Below the pieces are notes generated by a model that saw only the letters and a program-made list of their open reading frames with translations, did not search any database and was not told where the DNA came from. Positions 53,679 through 64,000 of a stretch of DNA of 64,000 nt are shown in pieces. Each line of letters opens with the position of its first letter. Within the stretch, counting starts at the first letter, position 1. The DNA is taken from the NCBI GenBank assembly GCA_051294375.1, contig CM119265.1, forward strand, positions 2,146,311 through 2,210,310, written 5' to 3'. The DNA is from Paraspadella gotoi (taxonomy: Eukaryota > Animalia > Chaetognatha). The translations under genes were made by a program, and so were the position numbers.

Positions 53679-53889
53679 AGCTTATAGCAGATCACGCTTC
53701 GACGATGTCGGTTCGTCGGTCTGCCCCCAAAATCTTGTCGGTAAGTCACTTAGATTATGTCAGAACATCAAATTATGATAAATAACTAGGAAATTGTATT
53801 AAACAAATAAAATTGCAGGATTAACCATAAGCTATCATCTGATTCGCTAAATGCCCACGTGCAGATCCGTCGTTGTTTGTTCAAACTAG
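53679..53889 (+). mobile_element. Miniature, internally deleted copy of the HINE family
   Basis: Core gtcggtctgccccc...atgtcagaacatcaaattatgataaat and 3' end gcagatccgtcgttgtttgttcaaactag-tt match both ends of the 21239-24741 element. Confidence 0.7.
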
Positions 53890-54884
53890 TTTTATATTAT
53901 AAAGAATAAGATTACCTAGTAGAATCGTATATATTTTATTTTCTCTCTCTCTCTCTCTCTCTCTCTCTNNNNNNNNNNNNNNNNNNNNNNNNNNNNNNNN
54001 NNNNNNNNNNNNNNNNNNNNNNNNNNNNNNNNNNNNNNNNNNNNNNNNNNNNNNNNNNNNNNNNNNNNNNNNNNNNNNNNNNNNNNNNNNNNNNNNNNNN
54101 NNNNNNNNNNNNNNNNNNNNNNNNNNNNNNNNNNNNNNNNNNNNNNNNNNNNNNNNNNNNNNNNNNNNNNNNNNNNNNNNNNNNNNNNNNNNNNNNNNNN
54201 NNNNNNNNNNNNNNNNNNNNNNNNNNNNNNNNNNNNNNNNNNNNNNNNNNNNNNNNNNNNNNNNNNNNNNNNNNNNNNNNNNNNNNNNNNNNNNNNNNNN
54301 NNNNNNNNNNNNNNNNNNNNNNNNNNNNNNNNNNNNNNNNNNNNNNNNNNNNNNNNNNNNNNNNNNNNNNNNNNNNNNNNNNNNNNNNNNNNNNNNNNNN
54401 NNNNNNNNNNNNGAGACTATGAATAACCACGTTACTAAAAATCTTTAATATAAAAACATTGTTAAAAAAACCCAATTTCATTCTTGATTCATCACGTGAC
54501 CAAGTCTCGAGGAAAATCCCCACATTTGTCATTTTTTATGGGCGTCAATGTTTGTGGTCTTCGCCTTGAGTCTCGGAGAGANNNNNNNNNNNNNNNNNNN
54601 NNNNNNCCTATTTTTTTTTCTTTTCCGATTCGAATTCTTCTTTTTTAACTGGAATTTTCCTAACTTCGTCTTCATCTGTTCTCTTTTCTCATTTTTTTGT
54701 TCGCTTCTGTTCTTCTATAAGAATTCGTTTTCTCCGTTGCATATATCACTACCCATCTCGAGCATCTCATCAATTATTTCAAAAATGCTCTATCCTATAC
54801 TCCTTTCTCTCTCTCTCTCTCATCTATCCATTCTCTCCTTCAATCACGATTAACGTCTCTCTAGGAGGTCTTTTATACTTCGGT

Positions 54885-56130
54885 CTTAAAATAAAGTAAA
54901 GAAAGATTAGTAAATCGACTTATTTTTCCATTTAACACTTAATTTCCACTCACTCTCACGGAATTTTCCATCGAAACTTTGATCATCCATGCTTATCACC
55001 ACCACTTTCCTACTCACACCACCAAATCTTAATTCCAATCCAACAGCCAAAACCACGGAGTTAATGGAGCTTTTTGGGCTAAGATGGACGGGATGGACGG
55101 ATTGATTGACTAATTAATTAATTATTTGATTAATTTTTTACACTAAATGATTAATTAAACTGACCTATAACTTATTTGATTTCATAATACATCAGTGGAG
55201 GATCCGATTATTATTATTAGTAATGAAATTAAATAAAATGCCCGGCAAGATCTTTACAATATCAATGCCCGCTAAAAAATTTTGCTACCTCTGTTCAACG
55301 CCGGTCGCAAAACGTATCCTTATTTGGAAGTTTTAGAATTGTTTAACTTTACAAATGTAAAACCAAATTTTCTCTCTCTCGCCGTTAAAATGAATCACTT
55401 TGTACAATTAGCCAATTCATAACCAATTCGCTTTTTCTGATTTTAATAAATCGATTCATCTCATTTTGTTCGCCATTTAATCTCGACCCACCTCCAACTA
55501 CATCCTGCATATACATTTAAAATAAAAGGACAAGAGCATAATCAATTAGTCAACAGGTTTTTGTTAGTTTTTTTCCGATTTAAACTCATTTCACTCAAAC
55601 AATTACATCGAAACTTGCATTTACTGTTCAAATCACAGCTACACGCCTACCGCCACATACAAAATTCCAGTCAATCAGCCCATCCACTCCTGAGCAATTG
55701 TGTTCAACATAGTTGAATATATTGTTTTTTGTTATTTTCCATTTAAACCTCATTTCCACTCGGACGATTTCATGCAAAACTTTCATCATCTCAGCTCAAT
55801 ACACACATCTTACTATCTCAACCTCCCCTGATTGAAACAGTAGCGAAAAAATTTCATTTAAATCATCATACCCATCACGAGTAATTGTGTTTGGCTAAGG
55901 TGAGCGGACGGACGGACGGACGGACGGAAAACGGAACGGACGGAACGGACGGACGGACGGACGACGGACGTGACTGACTGACGGACGGAAAGGCGACGGA
56001 CTGGACGGAACATCATTTTTTATTTGCCATAATTTATCAATAATTCGATGTTCGACATGATATAACGTGTGTGCCCCGACAATATGAGGGGCGGACGACG
56101 GACCGACAAATGAGTTTAATAGAGTCCGAC
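54885..56130 (-). mobile_element. Additional partial, error-rich copy of the HINE family
   Basis: Same central repeats, (GGAC)n tract and core (aattcgatgttc..acatgatataa.gtgtgtgccc.gacaatat..gaggggcggac) ending gtccgac before an A-run. Confidence 0.8.
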
Positions 56131-59100
56131 TAAAAAAAGCATAATCAAATAGTGCATAACAGTTTTTAGTTTTTTCATTCAACTAAGGCACTTTTTACAT
56201 CGATGCCCCTTGCTGGGAGCTCGCTGAGAGCAGCGACTAAACACGCGCGACAAAACTTATCTCTTTGCTGTTTTCATCGTTCGCTTTATCGCTCACTCCT
56301 TTCCGTCGTCGCTCTCACCGTTGCAATGCTTCCAGTGCTTCCTCCATCGTTCAAAATTATCGCGTTGTCGTTTCTGTCGATCTCGATACACTGACCTGAT
56401 GAGTCACCCACAAGCCAGATTTTTGGTTGTCAAAAGTTGCGTAGGGGACAAGACAAAACCTAAGTCCTAACCTTAATCCTAACCTAATACCTAACGCCTA
56501 ATATCTAATCCCTTAAACTACCGTATCCCTAAACGCGAGAAACCCTAAAACAAATTAATCCATCGTTAAACATCGCCGTTTTTTGTCGCTCCCGATCCTG
56601 ACTCTGAGTCAAGAGAAAGAGAGCGAGAGAGATTCGCTGCTCCGTCAGAACCGGCAAGGAGGCATTGAAGAGCATTTCGGCCGGTAAGGATTGGAAAATG
56701 AATTTAGTTAAGTGCTTTCCTCACACTACAGCCAATGCTTTTTTACATTGTTTATTTATTTCCCTTTGTATTGAGTGGGCCAACACTTTTGGGTGTACGT
56801 GACACAACACTTTTAATTGATCCTTTGGTTTGAAAAAAGGGGCTCCATTAGAAGTACTGCAGTGATTAATCATCTATGAACTTAACCACCAAACTTTACT
56901 TATCCTCCTATCATTGATTAAACTATAATTGAAATAATAAAAACATATTTTGACATATGGCATATCTTTAAAACAATTTTCTTGTACAAGGAAGTATCCT
57001 CCAGGATGTGGGATACACTTATATTTTAAAAACAAATTATTAATTAGTTGAAGGTTTCATAATTGAGTAAAAAGTCCATATAAAATCCTTTATAAAGTAC
57101 TATCCACTTCACACAAAAGATATATTCATTAATGTAATGACTTACCACCCTACCAGCAATTGTGAAGTGCTGTAGTAAAAGCTCAAGAGGGTAATTAGAT
57201 TTATACCATTCTTACTCTCTCACATTTCCATCCTCTCTCTCCTTCTACTCTTCTACCAATTATCTCTTAACTACATCTTTCGAATAGGGTGGCACTGCTA
57301 AATCTCTTTCTTCTTGGAACCAATAGACTATTGAGCTACATCATGGCTGTCTCGTCTCTCAAAAACTGTTTTCTTCTCTTTTTCGCTAAGAGATGCTGAG
57401 AACGAACCTGGTCATGCGATTCACCGCCATTATATTTCGAAAGTGATCAGGTAAACTAGTGAGAGATCACGTTGACTAATGAGTTCTGCACACGAGAAAG
57501 CAAATGATATGATTCCGCGGCATTAATTTAATATTAAGCGTCTTCTCTTGTATGTCGCCGAATGACGAGAGACACTATTTCTCAGCTCTTGAAAAATGCC
57601 TGGTCGAGCGCGATCCCGACCAAATTCCTACCGATGCGACACCTCCACCACTCTCCCAAGCCCTTACATTAACTCAACATGTACCGACCAGAGGAACCCC
57701 AGACCGACGCGATTCGATGGTCAAAATGCTCTCAAGTCTCAGCACACTCTATTCGTGCATTCTACGTACAACTGGCATCACGTGCAAACTTCAGAGCGAA
57801 AGGAACCTCTTTCTTCTAAATACTACTTGCGAGGAGCCACTAAATATGATCATATCGGTCATCGCCTAACTATTTACTACTGTAACATGCGAGACCACAT
57901 ATTAGGTTAGCACTAGATGTCATCGGCTTTCAACCACGAGACGGCAAGCCAATGCAAGTTCAGACCAGTTCCGAGAAACCGAATCCGTGAAAGAGTAAGG
58001 GAACATACTTTTAAAAGCGAACATCATTGAGGAAAGACCTATTGGCTACAACAACAGTTGACCTACTGATCAAATAATACATGCACTAGATGACACATTG
58101 GAGGTCAAGCAGCTTTTTGGATACGAGTCGGTTACTCGTAGCAGTTGAAATCTCGCCCTCACTCCTTTCCTCGTACAGAGTGAGACTCATGTGGCAGAGA
58201 ACGAACTGGTTTACCTGCTATTATACATCACCTGCCACGGAAAAGCGCTAGCATGTCGCACTAATACCGGGTCTCTACGATTGATAAAATTACGTCAACG
58301 TTTCTCTCTCTGCTAGCCGTGAAATTCACCTTTCCACATCCCCAATATGAGACACCTTAATTCAAAACTAAAAAAGGATAAACTAACAAAGGAGAGAGCA
58401 CACAATGCACTCACACACACAAAAAGTTTTTTTCCTCAACGGCCTCCTTCGGATATTTGAAATAAACGTCTTTAATTTAAAATTAACACACTTTTTTTGG
58501 CGAAATAGGGAGTGCGTACTAACTGTATGCACACAGTTCCAACATATATAAAACAAAACGACCGCATCAGAAGCACGCCATCACTATATTATAATCCTCC
58601 TTCTCCAACATTGCCCAATCAGAGAGAATCATAGAAGACACACATATACTTCTATCTTTCGTAGCCCATCTACATTACGATACGTCTAGTAACTGGGGCC
58701 TTTTTCTCCATATCTTTCTCTCACACAATTAATAATGAGAGACAATTCATAAGTGAGTTTTCTCCTATCGCTCTTCTTGCCTCTTTCCCTTCTGTGCCCT
58801 ATGGACGCATCTCTTCGTGAGTTCACGCCAATGTACTTCGCAGGCCACATCTCTAATAGCTTTTCTCCCACACACTCATAGAGCAGTACGTCGATACTCG
58901 CGATACCCGTTCTCGCTTATTCTCTCTCTTTCTCTTCTTCTTTTTAATATCTTCTTTTTTCGTGCTCAGTTCTTTCACCGGATCACTAGATAATTGACCG
59001 CTGAATCTAGATGAAACGAGTCCGTTTATATTATTTACATTCTTTACTTTAACGCTATGCTCTCCTTCTCATTCTCTCTTTCGTCGCTTCTATCATCATC

Positions 59101-59669
59101 TTGCTGTGCCTTTCTCTGTCCTTTTTTCAATTCTGCGCACTGTACTATCAGGCCATAGAAATTAGAAAAATTCCGATTTTTCTAAACCGTTGAGGGTTAA
59201 GTTACTAATATCACTGCAAACAAAATGTTAATGAATGGCAAAAAATGGGCGGCTTATCGAATACTACAAGGTCGTACAAACATATAATTTGTGATATTTC
59301 TTTACTACCAAGAGATTACCGCACCAAAGATTGAAAATTCTGCGAGTACAAAAAGCCGGCTTTACGAACAATAACTGGCCCATTTTTTCTTCCATAAGCA
59401 AGATATTGCTTCCAGCGCTTTTCTCTAACGCGTCGGACACCTTCCCGGTCGCTCTCTCTCATCTTTCTCTATCGCTTCTCTTTCTATCTGTCGCTCCCCC
59501 AGCCTTTATCACTTTCTCAACAATAAAAATGTCGAAGAGTCTCCCACTGGTCTACAGGCACTATATTCATACTCCACGCAACCGAAATTTGACAATATTA
59601 GTCGTATAAAAATAAATTGAGAGAAAGGAAAGAAAAAAGGGTTAGTTCTTTATTTCTTTTCCTTACACG

Positions 59670-60050
59670 AGCATCTTATATGTATTTTGATTTACCCGCC
59701 CAAAACCTATGCGATACGACCTTTCCCGGACGAGAACGAAAATCTCCCCACATCGAGAACTGATGAGCGGGTTTACGGCAACGGGCGCAACTGCAGCAAA
59801 CTGCTGCACACTTTGTGCACACCGCCCGATTTTGTCGAGGGCTGTTGTTCGAACCCGACCAGCCTTTTTTGTCTGCGTTGGGCTTTTACTCGTAAGATCT
59901 TGAAAGGATGTTGAACCTTTTAAATGATTGCTCCGGAACGCTGAGCGGCGACAGGCGCGGCGGCGGCGGCGCGGAGGAGCGGCTGCGTCCGACTCGGACG
60001 ACGACCAGAGAATCGTTAATGGATGCAAAGGCAAAACAGTGTCGTTTCGG
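59670..60050 (+). CDS. Possible exon fragment(s) of an S1 (trypsin-like) protease zymogen: Cys-rich segment then RRRRRGGAAASDSDDDQ-RIVNGC
   Basis: R-I-V-N-G at 60009-60023; frame broken upstream in a low-accuracy region; catalytic motifs not found. Confidence 0.3.
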
Positions 60051-62058
60051 CTCTCGTTTTTCGCTTTTTAATCGTCGCTTTGGCGGAGACTGGAATTAGG
60101 AAGCTTTTAGGTCGGTCTGTCTGTCCAAGAATATTTCAATACTTAATAAAGATAATATTAATATATTTATAGCGAGAGTTTAAAAGGTGTAATAATCATT
60201 CATGACAAAGCAAACATTGATTTACTATAGTCGGTGTGGCTGGAAGGCGACCAAGTAAAACAAAAGTGTATAAACTTTCGTTAATAAATTTAATCCAAAA
60301 TTAAATGAAGTTATGAACCGCGTTTCGTCTAGTTGACGCTAGCAACCCATGTTTAAACTACAAAAAGTGTTCTCGTGGCATAGAAAACATTATAACCGGA
60401 TTGTTTTGGCCACTCTATCGTTTGTGCTCTCCACTATTGATTCTCCACCACACAATATCTCTGAAAAAACGCCCCTATCTCATTGGCCGCATTCAATAAC
60501 CCTCTCCATACATGAGGACTTTCCCAATAAGATAACCAACATTCTTCAAATGAGAAAAAAAATAATAGTTCTGACATCGACACATCTGGCAATTATGGCC
60601 CCGGTTGGTGTTATTCCTCTAATACACCACTCGTTCAACCCATTCATATACCATCCAACCTATCGCTCCCCGCAAAAAATAACCCTCATCGACCCTTTCC
60701 GGGCTCGTGTCGAATCACTGCGAAAAACCGAACCTTCTCTACGTGACCAACCGACAACTCCCCCACGGCCCACGGCGACACTCCAAGCACATCCCTTACC
60801 TCAGACAGCACGATCACATTCCCCATAAGACCTTCCCCGGGTTATGTGTCGGTTCACTTCCCACACACACGAATCGACTCGGTCGACTCGACCCCACGAC
60901 ACGCTCGCCGTCCCAAGGGTCGCATACTTCTCGCCGCCCCCTTATATACAACCCAGTCGACCCACTCAGTCTCCATCGTTCTCACCCATTTTTGTCTGGC
61001 CTCAGCAGTCGGCATCTTTCTCTCGCCCCTTAACAACTCTCCTTCCATTTCATGTTTCTTCCTCGATTCGCAGTCTACGGCAACTTCCACAACGCACGCC
61101 TTTCGCAACGGCGCACCCACATTCTAAATATCGATCAAATGGCCAGTCCTTTTGTTCTTTATCGCGCGCTGCCGCGCTTGTCCGGCCACGAGCTTGAAAC
61201 TGGCCGAAAACTTGTCAGGGCTTTTTGCTGAAAAAGGCTTATTCAAAGGGGAAAGCGACCGAGGGTTTTTTTTCTTGGGCCGTAGACCTCGACCACATTA
61301 AATCGCAGTGGCAAACGTGCTGGGTTCAGCTGCAAACGTTGCTTGTTTCTAAGTTTCAATACAGACGAGGCGGGGGCTGCTGCTTCGATTGTTGTAAACT
61401 TGATTTGTCTCAACGGTATGGTCGTTACAATCTTTTTAGCAAGGAAGGATGCTTGGAGTTTAAACGGTGCTTGAATTAAGGAGATGCTTGCCGTTTTTCG
61501 GGAAGCAAGGGTGGATTTACTTCTCAAGGGAAGGCGGAATAATTCCGCGTTTAGCTAGGCAGGGAAAGCATTTTGACGATTGGGACAGAAAATAGGTTGG
61601 AAATGTCGGTCGAAAGAGAAAGCAGGCTAAAGGATTTGCGGGGATGAGAGGAGGGAAAATGGGGAAAACGCGTCATAGCCTGAGGCATTCAATCACTCTT
61701 CACTCTCTCTCTCTCTCTCTACATCTCTCTCGTATCTCCTCTCTCTCTCTCCTCTCTCATCTCTCTCTCTCTCTCTCTCTATCTCACCTCTGCATCTCTG
61801 CCTAAAGCCAAAAGGCCATTTAATTTATCTCATCCAACATTGAAAGAGGAGGAAAAGCGAAGTTAAAGCAGTTACTGTAATCCGTCATTCAATCGATTTG
61901 TTTTAGATCAATAAAATAATATTGGCTGAACTTTTTAAACAACTTATCCGCTCGAGATGTTTTAACGCACTTTTTATCAAAAGAGTTTAATCTGTCTATT
62001 AACCCAACAAACCGCTGTAACCCGTCACCACAACCATACCAAAAGAACGAAAGCTTAC

Positions 62059-62191
62059 CCGGTATTAAGGGAGTTTGTTTGTTGTCGAGGTGCAACCAAG
62101 AATCCACGTCTTGTCGGCCGTGAGCACATTGTCGTATTCGTCGAAATGCGGCAGTGTTCCGCAGATTCCTTGTGCGGCGCAGTCCACTTCC
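62059..62191 (-). CDS. Tentative exon of unknown protein
   Basis: Strong acceptor (ttcatttatgcccttttcag) and donor (gtaagc), GC-rich. Frame uncertain: GSGLRR...LIP is open; EVDCAAQGICGTLPHF...WILGC stops near the end. Confidence 0.35.
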
Positions 62192-62642
62192 CTGAAAAGG
62201 GCATAAATGAAAAAAAGAATTTATTAAAAAGAAATCGCGTCTAAGATTTCCATCGGATATGATTGCATCATTTCATGCAAAGGTTTTGACTTTCTTCGTT
62301 ATCTAAAGAGACTGAATTAAACTGAATTAAAGGCTTGCTTCAAAAGAAATTAGAGTAGCAGAAATTGCTTGGTTCAAAGTTGCAGGAAATTGGCTTTTTT
62401 TTTTTCTCTCTAATCATAAATAATTTATAAGAAAAGTAAGGGTTGATCCAAAGGGGTTCCTTCGTATCTTCGAGTTTCGATGAAATAATGGAATATTTAT
62501 AAAAGTTTATAACAGTTTTGAGCCAAAGAAATCCTAGAATTAAGCCTAATTAATGGAAATTTTGGGGGGAGAGGAGACGTACCCGCTTTCTCTGCATAGT
62601 ATACAATAGTCAAAGCGTAAAAAGTCGAAAGAGGGGATGAGA

Positions 62643-62728
<86 letters not shown>

Positions 62729-63042
62729 TGCAAGCAGTCCCCCGTTTTCCGCCAGAAGGAACACGGTTTAACTGTTATTCTTGATCCCACGATGGGATGA
62801 AAAATAGAAAAAAAAAAAGGCAAATAAAAATAATGTGGGAAGGAGAAATGGTCGCCAAGGCCAAATTGGGAATATCCTCTTCGGTTAAACCAAGCATGCG
62901 CAAGGAATTCCCTTTACTGGTGTTTTTTTTTTTGGGGGGGGGGGTGGGAGGGGCTATGGCGAAGAATCTTATGTTAGGGAAAGTGATCGCTCATGTGTAA
63001 TAAAACATGAGAGAGAGAGAGAGAAGAGGAGAGAGAGACGAG

Positions 63043-63074
<32 letters not shown>

Positions 63075-64000
63075 AGAAGATGAGAGAAATGCGTTTGTTG
63101 GAAAATGTCAGGAGGCGTTTTTATGAAGACTGAAATGAAAATAAAAGTCGTCAAAAGAGGAGAGAAGCTGGACCCGGGACTTGAAACGCGTTGTTGAAAA
63201 AAAAAAATGGGTGGCCGAAGGCGAAACGCGTTGCCAGAAGACGGCCTCGGCGATTTCGTGGGCGTGGCTGAACTCCCAATCTACTATTGACGTTAAATAA
63301 TGTTTTCTTTTCTTTCCTTTCTCGCGGAGACCACATATATTGCTGGTCGGCGGTTTGCGTTCTCCAACGACCTCGAGGTCTCCATCCAACGTCCTTAATC
63401 CCATTGTTGACCCCGCCTTCCACCCCCTTTCTTCTCACCCGCAGCGCACCATAGCCACCAAGGCCCGACCAGGGCCAACCCAATGGCTTTTGACCTTTCA
63501 CGAATTCACGATCACAGCCTACTCTCTTAGACTTAAGGTCCGGGTTAGTAGCTGCACTAGATTTTGGAGTAAAAATCGTTTGTGTTTTGCTTTCCTTTTC
63601 CGTGCGGGTTTGAAATATAGAGTAAACAAATTTTATTGTTTTACCAAACAAAAGATTTTTTGTTTACAAAGAGTCTTATCAGCGCAAAGTTAAAAAGATT
63701 CGAAACAGGAATAAAAACGAGAACAAATAGCCAAAACAAAATCCCACAGTTGAGCAATGAACTAGTGCTTTATACCTAAAAAACAAAAGCTAGATTTAAA
63801 ATAAAAGTTAGATGTTCGATGTCATTTTTGCCTTTCATTTTCGAATCGGCTCCTTATATTCCGCCCCTATTTTATTCTCATCTCATTCCCATTCTCTGTG
63901 GGCCCCTTTTCATTTCTGCCTTCTTCGCAAAAAAATCTCTTCAACTCACTTGCTCGAGGTCTCTCTCTCTCCCTCTCTCTCTCTCTCGTCTCTCTCTCTC

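Overview
Eukaryotic (invertebrate animal-like), AT-rich draft scaffold with many microsatellites, N-gaps and stretches that look like uncorrected long-read gap fill. Almost all ORFs in the supplied track are translations of simple repeats. The one gene I can reconstruct with confidence is a six-exon, + strand, divergent centrin/caltractin-like EF-hand gene of about 185 aa (exons at 14605, 15212, 15993, 25536, 26317 and 27339). Its 5' half is present twice. The two copies differ by a clean 3.5-kb DINE-1/HINE-type (Helentron-associated) insertion with no TSD, so the empty and filled sites are both visible. The protein has an 8-aa insertion in EF-loop 2 and non-canonical loops 1 and 4. Its last codons and probable ancestral stop have expanded into a 41-bp minisatellite. 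Other content: more HINE copies, a GG...CC TIR MITE family (Merlin-like) carrying telomere-like repeats, a TTAA-flanked foldback element, tRNA-like SINE remnants and RFX X-box motifs. Tentative exons belong to a Ser/Thr mucin-like gene (- strand), an acidic + strand gene and a possible trypsin zymogen (RIVNG). No prokaryotic systems, CRISPR arrays or rRNA were seen.
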